64,000 bases of DNA, taken from Octopus sinensis (Eukaryota). The stretch covers positions 73,470,001 through 73,534,000 of the forward strand of contig NC_042998.1 of NCBI RefSeq assembly GCF_006345805.1, given 5' to 3'. This document shows positions 39,368 through 53,063 of the stretch, piece after piece (positions within the stretch are counted from its first letter, which is position 1; each line of letters starts with the position of its first letter). The translations under genes and the position numbers were made by a program. The notes under the pieces were generated by a model that saw only the letters and a program-made list of their open reading frames with translations, was not told the DNA's origin and made no database searches.

Positions 39368-39489
39368 AACATATATATATATATACATACATACATATAG
39401 TATGTGTGTGTATGTGTGCGTATGTATGTTTCTATGCATGTATTACATACGTATGCATATACATATATGTATGTTTGTACATACGTATG

Positions 39490-39500
<11 letters not shown>
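39225..39500 (+). repeat. Tandem duplication of an about 167-bp compound microsatellite unit
   Basis: catacatatagtatgtgtg...gtttctatgcatgtattacatacg...gtacatacgtatg occurs twice. Confidence 0.85.
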
Positions 39501-39520
<20 letters not shown>

Positions 39521-39609
39521 TATGTATATTTATACACACGCACATATATATACACACACGTACATATATATACACACACATACATATATATGTGTGCGTG
39601 TATATATAA

Positions 39610-39648
<39 letters not shown>

Positions 39649-39652
39649 TATG

Positions 39653-39711
<59 letters not shown>

Positions 39712-40658
39712 AGACATCAGTCTTTTATTGATGTGAGCTAAATAAGTAAATATATAATTTTTAGTCTAATATATTTTGAATTATTAGACTTTTTCTATAA
39801 ATCTTCTCTATTGGGGTTAATGAGCTACATATACTTTACCATAATATTGGTAATTAAGCTATTTTTTTTCTATGGTGTTCTGCCCTACTTGATTATTTTA
39901 TTTCATTTCTTTATTATTTTATAATTCGATTTTATTTATTCATAAAATTAAGCTAATCTTTGTATCTCTATAAATTCATACTTAGCTTATATAAAACTAT
40001 ACTGGTATATTCACTACTTATAAAAAAACACCTTAGATTATGATTTTATTAATATATAATTAGAATGTTCTTTTACCTCAATACTCCTTTATTAATACCA
40101 GTACATATCAATTAGTCAATATTCACAGATACTATCTGGTGAGTTAGTATTTAAGTGTACAATATGTATAAATATTAAACTATTTCTGGATAATTTCTTT
40201 TCCTCCCTCTATCATGGTAAAAGTTTAGTATACACTCAAAAGTATTCATAAATTTCCATCCTTTTGTTAAAATATTCTTCTTAATAACCCTCTGAATAGC
40301 CCTAAACTTTAACTGTATACAATATAACAACATTTTTTAAAACATTTAGCTATAGTACTACAAGATAAGACTTCCCCCGTTTCATTATGAATGGTCTGCT
40401 GGTGCGCAACCCCCTTAGTTGTCAGCTAACATCTTGGTTTAAGCTTTCCTTTACTAAACCTCATGGCATTGCTTTTAATAAATCTTGATTTTTATGACTA
40501 TACCAACTATGATTTCCGTCTGCTCCCTCAGCTCTACTCGTAACAGATACTGCCCTTTATTGTCTCAGCCTTCGATATAATGATTGCCTTGTTCAATCAA
40601 ATGGGTTTGCATGAAACGATCGTACTGCATTACCTCTGGATATCTTTGTTGCTTATTT

Positions 40659-40783
<125 letters not shown>

Positions 40784-42006
40784 AACTATTCTATAGTGTA
40801 TAGTGGAAAATTATTTTTAAAGATTTCCGAAAGCGAAAATCTGTTTCTTTCTAATTGTACAGTCTAATATAATGTGTTAACAAATTTTCGTCCCACATCT
40901 ATAAGTTACCAGTGACACAATTCCGTTGCGTCCATTGTAAATCACTGGCGACGTTTTAAAAATACTCGGAAATTTCCTTTATTTTCTCATTTTATTATCT
41001 TATTTGTTTTTCTTAATTCCATTCAGTATTAAGCATGTCACTTTAACATATAAACTAATTGATTTATGAGATAGTTAAGCTTCATTCTCTCTCTCTCTCT
41101 CTCTCAACTCTCTCTCTCTCTCACCCTCTCCCTCACTCTCTAACTCACTCACTCTCTCCCTCACTCACTCATTCGCTGTTTCTCTCCCACTATCCATCGC
41201 TTCATTTCTCTCTTTTCTTCTGAAATGTATATTTTCTGTCATGTATGAATTTATGACATACATGACTTAAATTACTTCCATATTTTTGTTTCTTCCTTAC
41301 TATATACTGTATTTACTGAACATATGTTCACCCTTTTTTTTTATCCATAAATAGTGAATATGTATAGAATTTTCTTACACGTAGGGTCTGGTTTTGATCG
41401 TTTGATTACACTATTCCATAAAGTCTATAGTCGCAGCCAAAATAATATTAAATCCACCAGTCCAAATGATTATTCACAAAAATATATATTGAAATTATAC
41501 TCCTCGTCTACCACTCCTGGTTGAAACTAGAAGTAACGAATGATGGAATGACTCACTGACTGATTCCCAATAAATATAACCTATACAGCATATTGAATTC
41601 TTACGTTCACTTGAAACATTTATCTTCCTGTTTCTCTACCTATCTACCTGTCTATTATTGACATAAACGTGAATTTAAGATCTGGATAATTAAGCTGGAC
41701 GTTTCAAAGCACATTTCAAGAGTTATAATCTTCTTTTTTGATTTTCAAAAAGATATTCACTTCAGAATGATAATTGACGTCTATGAGTGTACAAATCTTT
41801 TCTTACCTGTCCCCACACAACAATATCCCTGAGTTTTATGTTTACACTTATCAGGTTTTTAGATGAGATGTTACACTAGTATTCCATGTGGAGATTTTTG
41901 CGCATGTATTTAATACCAGATGGATTCTCTATATTTATTCCTGGACAATCGCTTTTCCGTATGACCTGGTATATTATCTTGCGACAACATCGTGTCGCAT
42001 ACGCAG

Positions 42007-42245
42007 GTAGGCGGCGGGCTGGCAGAAATGTTAGCAAGCTGGCGAAATGCTTTGCGGTATTTCGTCTGCCGCTACGTTCTGAGTTCAAATTCCACCGAGG
42101 TCGACTTTGCCTTTCATCCTTTCGGGGTCGATTAAATAAGTACCAGTTTCGCACTGGGGTCGATATAATCGACTTAATCCGTTTGTCTGCCCTTGTTTGT
42201 CCTCTCTGTGTTTAGCCCCTTGTGGGTAGTAAAGAAATAGGTAGT
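42007..42245 (+). mobile_element. SINE family A, full length (tRNA head plus Meta-like domain)
   Basis: A-box-like TGGCAGAAATGTTAG, B-box-like GAGTTCAAATTCC, then gtcgactttgcctttcatcctttcggggtcgat, which resembles the MetaSINE central domain (from recall). Confidence 0.9.
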
Positions 42246-42280
42246 ATCCATGTATGTACATATATATGTATTTATGTACG

Positions 42281-42311
<31 letters not shown>

Positions 42312-43894
42312 TTATGTATGTATGTATGTATGTATTAATGTATGTATGTATGTATGTATGTATGTATGTATGTATGTATGTATGAATATATATATGTATG
42401 TATACATATGATAATATAATACGCATGCAGTTTATGCACGCAAAAATACATTACAAACTGTAGATACTAACACTACAGATATAAATATTCCTGGTATTAT
42501 GTTGGTACGTTTCAGGTCCTAACTCAATCTCACGTTGCATCCTCCATCCAGAACTATGCGTGAATAATATTCTTAATGTCAGACTTTACATTTTTCTTTT
42601 TTTTTTTTTTTGTAATGACTTCTTCACCATCTTGCTAATTCAAATCCTTACCCAGATTAATGTGATTCAGTTCATTGAAAGGGGCCAGTGTTTAGGTACA
42701 TTTTGAGATCATAATAGAAAATTGGCTGATTATAATATGTTACGATGAAATATTTACTCAAAAATGGGAAACACATAAGTGCAACGTCTAAACTATATAA
42801 ATTCCTTATGTCTTTTACATTTCTGATTTAACTACACATACATGATCTCAATTTAATTCTGTCAACTTCTTCAAAATTGGAGCTGTAGAATAAAATGTCA
42901 AATTTGAATATGATTAGGGCCAAAATAGGCATTGAAGCCATAATATCAGTGTTACTTTTACCAGACATTTAATTTAATAAGGCTTCCTTGAAAAGTCGCT
43001 GTAAAACGAATTTATTTCTGTAACCACTTTATACATAGTGCAGTAAACAAAAACAATGTGATGAAATCGGAAAAGAGTAATAACTACTATCTTATGTATA
43101 TTATGATATATCTAATAATTTCAAAAGCAAACATTAGTATAGTCAGAATTCTTTAAAAGATCTAAATGATACGAATTTAATATTGGAAACTGCATCAAAA
43201 TTTGTATAGCGTAAAAGAAAATTGAGATAAAAAAATAGACAAATTTAACCGCAATCACTCATAAATTTTGTGAAAAATTAAAGCTTTGTGTATAAACTTA
43301 AAGTAAATATATATTTAAATTATTATATTTATAATTAGAAGACATTTATAATTAGAAAACAAATCCTCCATTCACCCACTGCAATGGGTCAATGGAGAAC
43401 TTTTTTGTAATTAAAAATGTTTTTATATTAATTTCAATTAATTTTTAATATTTTTTTATATTTCTGACAGTGATTATTAATCATGTTTATGTTTACATCT
43501 TTGTTTTTATTGTTATTTATATTTAGTATAAAATGTATATTTATTATAAAGAAAGCAGACAAAATTATATATTTTATCAAATTTATACAAATTTGATTAG
43601 CCTATTATATTTACGAGAATTAATTTTTTGAATAGAGCAATTATATAAATCTATAAAAGCATTTTTTGTTGGTGAAAAAAAAAATTCCCAATGTTATTTT
43701 AAATATCAAAGACCCATTATAGTTAATAGTCTTTGTTTACAGTTCTGAGTCTGACCTCTATGGCTAAATTTAAAAATTCTAAATATTATAGTTTGCAATT
43801 CAATATAAATTTATGCTTTTACTGCTGCTGAAAAATCTTTGGGAAAGTTGAAATCTTTTATTTAAAAAAGCAACCGAAATGAATATAATTAATA

Positions 43895-44060
43895 CGAGGG
43901 GGTACTTTTACAGTTCTTTTACAGAGCTTAGAAAAACTGAAGGACCTCTGCAATATGTGTGTGTGTATCTAAGAGGCGAATATGTTATATAGTCATAATT
44001 AACTGATCCTTCTCTATTTTCTTTTGCCCAATGCCAGGAACTTGTCAGCACCCATTCCTA
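43895..44060. mobile_element. Mariner-type MITE remnant
   Basis: Left end tacgaggggg and right end gccaggaacttgtcagcaccc are partially complementary and similar to 19547. Confidence 0.4.
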
Positions 44061-45019
44061 CCTGTATTAGTTATTTATAGGATTCATTTTCAATTACTTT
44101 CCCTTCCGCAGTAATGTGAACGAGAACATCTAGCGGTGAAAAGCCTTTTAATTTTTCGTTTACAGACCTTCAAAATATGTTTTTAAACTCGAAGGAAACT
44201 TTGGGAATTTTGTTTTGGAGTATCTGAGGATACATCAATGAACAGGCAGGACGGTAATGATATCTTCTGAGGAAAATAAGAGATACTTCAGGTAGTTTAA
44301 GAGATTATTGATGAGATATATTGGGTTACACAGTGGTATAAAAAATGATTATAAGTTATTTCTATCAAATACTCAGAATGTTTGGCGTCATCGTTTTAAT
44401 TAACCTAATTTCAGTTACGTTATCAATGCCCATGTTGATTTTGGGTAGGAAACCTGAGCAGAATGGACAAATTCTTCATGGTCATGTGCTGAAAACTGCC
44501 TCTAATTTTATCATCAGGACGTGGTTTTAAATATATTCCTGGAAACTCTGTAATACAACATAAATTTCAATATTTACGATGTTACAATATGACATTACAA
44601 TTTATGACGTCATTTACATATAAATGTTTACGTATCTGGCGTCCGAAGAGTGTAAATTTTTAGTTAGCTAACAACTTTGCATGATATATTTTTGTATTGT
44701 AAAATCCATATGTGCGTTTCAATGATGTGAACTTGAGATGGACGCGAAACTTTCAAATACAAAATTGTACCAAGTAATAGTATAAATTTTTTAAAAATCA
44801 TATTTAAATTAATTTTATGGATTTAGCACCCATTCGAAGCATCACTTCCGAAAACAATATTTTTCGTTGAAAACAACGTTCTCCTTTAGCATAATTAATT
44901 ATCCAAAATTACAAATAACTAAAAATATATTCAAAAAGATATGAAATATATATATTAAAATGTAACAAATTAATGGAATTATACATTGAAAAATTAGTAC
45001 TACTAAATTTATGGTATGA

Positions 45020-45162
45020 AAATATTATTATTATTGTTTTTATTATTATCCTTCTTCATCTTCATCTTCATCTTCATCTTCTTCTTCTTCTTCTTCTTCT
45101 TCTTTCTTCTTCTTCTTCTTCTTCTTCTTCTTCTTCTTCATATTATTATTATTATTATTATT

Positions 45163-45252
<90 letters not shown>

Positions 45253-45268
45253 TTATTATTATTATTAT
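45020..45268. repeat. Compound trinucleotide array (ATT/CTT/CAT)
   Basis: Direct reading; explains the homopolymeric ORFs. Confidence 0.95.
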
Positions 45269-45677
45269 TCAAATTACTTCAAAATTAATTACTGGCATTT
45301 CTATACCAATGGAACAAAAAAATTCCAATTATTTCGAAGGAGATTAAAAAGTGTATTAAAAAAATATATTTTTGGTTTTCGAGATTTGTTATTTTTAATA
45401 ATTTCACATAACCGTTTGCTGCTATTTGTTGCCATTACTCTCTTTCTGATCATCATCTCAGGATGCAGCGATGGCAGCAATGGATTGGGCGAATTAACAA
45501 GTAACTTCGCAAGGTTCTTCATGACAACATTCAGGACATTAGCAAGCTGGCCATTTGTTGATTAGTTTCTAATGGTGGCATTAAGAGCATCTAGAATGTA
45601 ATGTATTAGGAGATTGGGATTCGTATTGTGCACAAGTTGATCGTCTACTGTTTAATTTTCCACAATCTTTCAGATTC

Positions 45678-45815
45678 CCTCCACCAAATCCACTCACAAG
45701 GCTTTGGTCGACCCGAGGCTACAGTAGAAGACACTTACCCAAAGTCCCACGTAGTAAGACTGAACCCGGGGACTATGTGGTTGGTAAGCAAACTACTTAC
45801 CACACACCCACTCCT
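45678..45815 (-). mobile_element. SINE family B 5' half
   Basis: aaatccactcacaaggctttggtcg...gaagacactt...actgaacccgg...cttaccacac. Confidence 0.8.
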
Positions 45816-45820
45816 ACACA

Positions 45821-45886
<66 letters not shown>

Positions 45887-45895
<9 letters not shown>

Positions 45896-46046
45896 ATATG
45901 TGACAATTATTCAATAGCTGAGTTTCAGATGCAGAGGTGGAAATCCACAACACCATCTTTTCGGTTTGCTGTGGATTTCCATCTCGGCATCCGAAACTCA
46001 GAGTTTTATCTTGGCTATTGAATAATTGTCACATATTATTTTACAG
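45887..46046. repeat. 160-bp hairpin with perfect 32-bp outer arms and split HHR remnants
   Basis: tgtaaaataatatgtgacaattattcaatagc pairs with its exact reverse complement. The inner arms also pair. Confidence 0.85.
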
Positions 46047-46138
46047 ATAAATTTCCTCTATTTACATAATATTGAGGTCTCATTCTTTCTTTTATCTTAC
46101 TGTTTTTACCAATATATATATACATACATACATATATA

Positions 46139-46213
<75 letters not shown>

Positions 46214-47504
46214 TCTACACACATATATGTCTATTCTATTCCTAACCACAATGCATTGAATTGCTGCCATCTATTCAAGTCTAGCAGCATATGTTTGACA
46301 AAATGTATTCTCTCCCTCCTCTACAGTACTTTTGCTGTTCACACTCATAATTGATGTTATCTTTACTGTTCCAACTAATCTGTTCATTTTGAAGTCTGTA
46401 AATAAAATCTAATTACCGTATTATTGCTTTTACGTTGTTAGTCTACATCCTGTGTCCCCGATAATGATTGAAGAAAACTAGGTTAATAATATGTAATAAT
46501 GTAATATTTGCGATTGTTAGCGATGTAGCACCTCATCACTGCTCTATAAATATTTCACTTGTCTGCTGTATTTCTGAAAACCTTAATAATACATATATTT
46601 CTCTGCGATAACATATTTTGGTGCTTGTAGAATATTATATTATCGAATTAAGGAGTTCTGCTCATTTTGCACGTGATACCATTTGAGAATTTGTACTAAA
46701 ATAATTACTTCCTGGAATAATTACGGTAGACATATAATGAACACAGAAATATACTGATATATTCATTTCTGTTTCATTTTCTGATAGTTTTATGTTGTAT
46801 AAAGTGTCAGATGATTAGTGTGATGTCTACGAGCTGGTCACTAAACATTCCACAGCTACTCATCGTTTACTACCAATGTATATAGAAATTTTAGATAGAT
46901 TTCAGTCACGTCTAACGTGATTTGATATTTCATTAATGTTCATATTATGAACGGTTCTGTATGGTGTATTTTTTCTTTCTAATATTTCATTAATAACCGC
47001 ATTCTTCTGTACCAAGTATCGCTTTTAAACATTAGAGTCATGAAGTGCATTCGTCAGTAAATGGTGACAAAGTCCGTAACCAAGATTGCTGAACCTCCTA
47101 CCACTTCTCCAATATGAAATAACACAGTACTCATATGTGTGTGTGCGTGCGTGCGCGCGCGCAGCCAGGGTTATTCGGTTCAAAAACATTCTTTAAAACC
47201 CAAACGAATGCAAACTGGCAGTTGTTCATCGCTATACACGCACACATATTTACGTCCATGTAGACGTGTTCATCGACCCGAATACAAGTACACCCACACT
47301 CGCGGCTCCATCAAGCCGTGTAGAAGTACACATACGCGTGTACACAAAGAATCGCACGTGTATACGACAATATAGAGCGTCAGGTCACATAGCCAAACAC
47401 ACCTTCCTTATATCATTCATTGGGCACTCGCACAGAACAAAACCATGTGATATTGTCACGTATGTAAAGTCAGCGTATTGTAAGCATACAGTTAGTCTTT
47501 TCTT

Positions 47505-47746
47505 TTATTCTTTTATTGTAATTTTTCCAGTCACTTAACTGCAGCCATGCTGGAGCACTGCCAAAAAGGGTTTTAGTCGAAGAAATCGAAGCCTAGAACT
47601 TATTCTATCGGTTCCTTTTACTGAACCCCTAAGTTGCGGGGACGTAAACACACCAACGTTGGTTGTCAATTGATGGCGGGGGAACAAACACAGATACACA
47701 TATAAATTTATAAATATATACATACATATATATATATATATAATAT

Positions 47747-47807
<61 letters not shown>

Positions 47808-47952
47808 CGACGGGCTTCTTTCAGTTTCTGTCTACTAAATCCACTCACAAGGCTTTGGTCGGACCAAAACTATAATAGAAGACACCTGCCCAAGGTACCA
47901 CGCAGTGTGACTGAACCCGCAACCATGAGGTTTGGAAGCAAGCTTCTTACCA
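47505..47952 (-). mobile_element. SINE family B, near full length, with internal (TA)n
   Basis: Head at 47808-47952, (TA)n at 47700-47808, and tail gtaaacacaccaacg...gccatgctggagcac. Confidence 0.85.
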
Positions 47953-49312
47953 CAGCTTCACAATTTGGAAAGGTGTAGCAAACTATCACATATCTAACAT
48001 TCGTTATTACAAATTGTACATGTAGAACGTTTGTAATCCGAACTGTCCAAAATTGCTAAGATGTGTGGTCCAATACATGGAGTAGCAAATATCAGGCCCG
48101 TTGAAAGTGTAAAAAATATTTCTCTAGCCCTGCCTGTCCCTGAGCCCTGTTAAGAGGTTCCAGGTGTAGGCAAAGGGCTACACACTAGCGGATAAAATTG
48201 CATAAAATGGTTTGTATCTGTTTTCGGATATTCACCTTTCATTATTCCATACGATGGTTGACGTGCCTCAAATGAACATTATTGAGTTTCTAAAATTACC
48301 GTTATAAAACAAACCATGTTTACCTGGCAGTAATTAAAACCAACCGAGCTAATTTTGACAGTGATCAACGATATCGGATTGATGCTTAAACGAAAACATT
48401 AATTATTATTTTTGGCAAATCACACTTTATATGACTTATCTAATCCTATTGAAAGTACCACAGAAATACACAAGGATTACAAACGCAATAAAAAAGAGCC
48501 ATTGAGCGACAGAAATATGATCGTTAATTAACACGATGGGTAGAAGCTGATAACTGGACAATCTTGTCGTTATTACACTCAAGATTTACCCAGTAGTGCC
48601 GGGGGCTCTGAGACTTTCTGTGGATAGAAAACGCCATTACGTTTCTTCGGTAAGCGGTTACTACTAGCGAATATAATTTTCAAACCCCACCAACTTCCTT
48701 TGGTGAAAGGTCTGCAAGGACATCCGCGTCTAGTAAGGCCTAGTGCCTCGCACCGCCCGCCGGTTCATACTAGTTCATGTATATAAGCAATCATACACAG
48801 TCACCAATCGTGTTACAGTATATAGATACGTACATACGCACACATACACACACATGCATGCACATATATACATATATATTTGTGTATACAGTCGCACACA
48901 CACACATATCAATTCAGGGACGATACAACCAGTAGTCAGCGCATTAATACAGTCATTTATCACAAAATATAAACGCCTTTTGAATGCATTCACCACAAAT
49001 GACACTACTAATTTATTCAGAACAATTCCAATCACTACTATTCCAACCACAACGGGTCACTTTTAGGTCACTTGATCATTTAAGAGGATACCACCTACAT
49101 CCTGATCTGTCATACCACTCCCGCATTTTTATTATTCTTTATATTCTTCTTCTTTTTCTTCTTCGTTTTCTTTTACTCTTCTTCTTCTTCTTCTTCTTCT
49201 TCTTCTTCTTCTTCTTTCTTCTTCTTCTTCTTCTTCTTCTTCTTTCCTTCTTCCTTTCCCCACCTTTCTCTAATACGACTGCTGCTTAAAAAATACTCTA
49301 ATAATCCACCAT

Positions 49313-49495
49313 TTCACTGAAAACACACCAGGTCGAGGAAAATCGAGGAACGGGCGAAGAAATTAACTTACCATCGCGGCTGGTAGTCGCAAGTGCGGTT
49401 ACAGATATTCCTGTATCATATGATTTCAACCGAGATGGTAAGTTAATTTCTATGCTCGTCCCTCGTTACCGTCGACCTGTTGTGTTTTCAGTGAA
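49313..49495. mobile_element. MITE-like element with about 65-bp imperfect TIRs
   Basis: ttcactgaaaacacaccaggtcga...aaattaacttaccatc pairs with gatggtaagttaattt...tcgacctgttgtgttttcagtgaa. No clear TSD. Confidence 0.6.
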
Positions 49496-49642
49496 CTTGT
49501 GTCTTAGAGTATTTTTCAACTCTTAGTTATATCACGCTGGTTCCTCGTGTAGTCTCAATTATAATTATTGATTATCAAATATTTGAATTTTGCCCTTTTA
49601 CTTACTCAGGTGCTTGCTGGCCACTTATATCATTATTATTGC

Positions 49643-49709
<67 letters not shown>

Positions 49710-49824
49710 CATTATTATTATTGCTGTTGTTGTTGTTGTTGTTATTGATGGTGATGATGATGATAATAATAAAAATAATAATAATGATAATAATGAGTAA
49801 TATTTATATATGTGTGTGTGTGTG

Positions 49825-49913
<89 letters not shown>

Positions 49914-50120
49914 GAAAAAATAAGTCAAAATAGAAAATGCTAAAATAATTTTATAAAGAACATTTCAGTACCGGTTTCAGTCATTTTGAAACCTTTTCAA
50001 CTGTAACGATTAAATAATTAAATTTAGAAAAATTAAAAGAAATGTTTTTTAAAGGAATATTTGTATAGTGTTCAAATATAAGTGGCATTTTCCTTGTTTC
50101 TGCCTTGCTCTGTCTCTCTT
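49914..50120 (-). mobile_element. Single-arm copy of the 35.3 kb palindrome element
   Basis: Collinear with 35334-35530. HHR at 49961-50008. (TA)n on both sides. Confidence 0.9.
49961..50008 (-). ncRNA. Type I HHR, U3-A8 core
   Basis: CGUUACAG-UUGAAAA-GGUU-ucaaaau-GACU-GAAA-CCGGU-A-CUGAAAUG. Both stem II substitutions convert G-C/C-G pairs to G-U wobbles. Confidence 0.7.
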
Positions 50121-50153
50121 GTTCACACTTGTGGGTTATATATATATGCATAT

Positions 50154-50187
<34 letters not shown>

Positions 50188-50244
50188 ATATATAATATAT
50201 ATATATATTATATATATATATATACGATGGAGGTGGAAACAGCT

Positions 50245-50567
50245 CAGAAGTAAATCTAAGACATTTCAATTTAAGAGGAAATTTGATAGAAATGATTTTT
50301 AAAATTATATAAAGAAAATATTACCGGTTTCGATGTATCTCGTCTTATCAAATATCGATAAAAATTTGTAAGATTTCGAAGTAAAAACAGTTTATCTTCT
50401 GTTTGGGGATCCAGAATATGTATGTTTTTTACTTCAATTACTTATAAATTTTACTGATATTTGATAAGAGGAAATACATCGAAACCGGTAATATTTTCTT
50501 TATATAATTTTTGAAATCATTTTTGTTAAATTCTCTCTTAAACTGAAATGTTTTAGATATACTTCTG
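50245..50567. repeat. Imperfect inverted repeat with a U3-A8 HHR in each arm (50317-50356 minus; 50456-50495 plus)
   Basis: GAUAU-UUGAUAA-GA(G/C)G..aua-CAUC-GAAA-CCGGU-A-AUAUU in both arms. Confidence 0.8.
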
Positions 50568-50940
50568 TACTATTTCCGCTACCATCTTTTATATATAAAA
50601 ATTTGATTTGTATATATATATATAATGTGCTGTTGTTGTTCTTGTCGCACGGATCCTTGAGTGGGATATGTAATCCTGTCTAAAAGCCTAAGAAACATAC
50701 ACTAAACTTTATACACTTCAACCACAAACGACCTACGCAGAATTTCAGTGATTTTGTAATGCAGAATTCACAAAAGCAATAAGCACACAAATATTGCATC
50801 TATGAGAGTGGGCGTTAAAAACGTACATATATATATATATATATATAATTATTATTATTTGAGGGAATACAATCCAAACTTACTAGGAAAAAGGATTCAA
50901 TTTAGAAATACTAAATCAAATTCCACACAATATAATAAAT

Positions 50941-51251
50941 ATATAAAAATATTAGAAAAAACCCACCTTTTATCAATTCAAAATGAATAATTAAATTACA
51001 CCGTCTACAAAATTACATATAATAGAAAAGTTAAAATTAAAATAACAATAAAAAGTAAAGATTAAGTAAATTACAAAAATAATAAATACATTTTTAATAT
51101 ATACATTTTTATTATTTTTGTAATTTACTTAATCTTACTTGTTATTGTTATTTTCATTTTAACTTTTCTATTATAAGTAATTTTTTAGATGGTGTACCTT
51201 AATTATTCATTTTGAATTGATAAAAGGTATTTTTTTTCTAATATTTTATAT
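50941..51251. repeat. Very AT-rich inverted repeat (arms of about 145 bp)
   Basis: ccttttatcaattcaaaatgaataatt...gtaaagattaagtaaattacaaaaataataaa is mirrored after a short spacer. Confidence 0.85.
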
Positions 51252-51253
51252 TG

Positions 51254-51299
<46 letters not shown>

Positions 51300-51300
<1 letters not shown>

Positions 51301-51850
51301 CAGCGGACCTTGAAGCAATCCAGAGAAGATTCACAAAGAAGATCGTCTCTTTGCAACAGCTCAGCTACTGGGAAAGGTTGAAACAGCTAAGACTCTACTC
51401 CCTGGAGAGAAGACGGGAGAGGTATGCAGTAATATATGTCTGAAAGATCCTGGAAGGAATTGTGCCAAATTTTGGCATTGTAAGCTACACCAATGCTAGA
51501 ACGGGACGACACTGCATAGTGCCAAAGATCCCAGCAATGTCATCACGCTTCAGGACCAGCTTCTGCAATAGCCTGGGTTTCAAGGGCCCACAGCTTTTTA
51601 ATATTCTCCCAAAAAGTCTGAGGAACTTGCACAAAGTAGATGTAGCGGTTTTTAAATCAAAGCTGAACATCTGCCTGTCAAGAGTCCCAGATGAACCTAC
51701 CTCACGGCAAGAGGTGCAAATGAGAGTAGCTGTATCAAACTCCATTCTTCAGCAAGTGCCACACATTAGACGAGGTTCGTCGTAATAACAGTGTAGCACA
51801 AAACGGCGGTGCATCAGCATGGCCGCAGCTCTGAGCTGAAACTAGAAAAA
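51300..51850 (+). mobile_element. CR1/L2-like LINE 3' fragment between (TA)n arrays
   Basis: LEAIQRRFTK..LSYWERLKQLRLYSLERRRERYA..GPQLFNILPK..PDEP. Confidence 0.85.
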
Positions 51851-51872
51851 AATATATATATATATATATGTA

Positions 51873-51954
<82 letters not shown>

Positions 51955-51968
51955 GTGTATACATACAC

Positions 51969-52018
<50 letters not shown>

Positions 52019-52020
<2 letters not shown>

Positions 52021-52294
52021 AAAAAAGGAAATGAAGAAAATGCTGACAAATAATTGAAGCAATTTAAGTAATTTAATTAGGTGAAAGTTCTTTTTACCGT
52101 TGCGCATTTGTTATGCTTATCAAAATATAAAAGAGAGATTAGAGTTCCAAAAATTCTATAAGAAAGGAACTCTAATCTCTCTTTTATATTTTGATAAGCA
52201 TAACAAATGCGCAACCGGTAAAAAGAACTTTCACCTAATTAAATTACTTAAATTACTTCAATTATTTGTCAGCATTTTCTTCATTTCCTTTTTT
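52019..52294. repeat. Near-perfect inverted repeat (17-nt spacer) with an HHR-like UUGAUAA...GCAA motif
   Basis: Right arm 52191-52220 reads UUGAUAA-GCAU-aacaa-AUGC-GCAA-CCGGU-A. The left arm is the same but lacks one C. Confidence 0.85.
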
Positions 52295-52329
52295 ATATAT
52301 CACCACTCGTGTTCGACATCTCCTTTTTT

Positions 52330-52374
<45 letters not shown>

Positions 52375-52379
52375 ATATA

Positions 52380-52419
<40 letters not shown>

Positions 52420-52687
52420 GTATACAATATATACATACATATAAATATAATTATATATCTATATATATATATATAAAGATAAAGTAATTGGTATGTGTTT
52501 GAAATATAATGAAGTGAATTTCGATGGCTATGGATTGCTCTTACTTGATTGTATCGTTCGTTAAAGTGTTTTTGTGGTTTTTTCAATTGTAATTTATGCA
52601 AGATTGAACAGTGAACGCCCACGCTCATAACGCAGACATTTGAATTAATCTTTACAATCCAGACGGGATTTCGTCTTTCTGAACCAA

Positions 52688-52777
52688 GGGTCCTGAAGTG
52701 ACTTATATATAAGGCAACTGTGATTATGTATATCAGAAAAAAATATACATATATAAGTCGAAACAATTTGTTGGCCT
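52688..52777 (+). ncRNA. Type I HHR with an A9-to-U substitution, upstream of the Penelope-like RT
   Basis: GGGUC-CUGAAGU-GACUUAUAUAU...AUAUAUAAGUC-GAAA-CAAUUUGU-U-GGCCU. Stem II is 11 bp and stem I is 5 bp. Confidence 0.6.
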
Positions 52778-53020
52778 CTTGCGGTTTTTATAATTATTTA
52801 TATAATATTATGTTATATTATATATTATATTCGTAGTATTTAATGTAATACCTAATATTAATGTAATATTAATGTAATACCTAATATTAATAGATTATTG
52901 GACTGTCATTTATCGTTATTATTGAAATATACCAATATCTGTATGGTATCCAACTGAAGTACTAGTGAATTAGATGTTTAACACAGCCTTTTGAAGAATT
53001 TAGTTTCCTCAGTTTGTTAC

Positions 53021-53063
<43 letters not shown>

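Noticed and set aside
40595-40630. GAAA-CGATCGT-A palindromic stem III look-alike
   Set aside because: No upstream core or stem II found.
48700-48780. Short CpG-rich patch with a GGGCGG box on the minus strand (possible promoter)
   Set aside because: A single motif and no transcription evidence.
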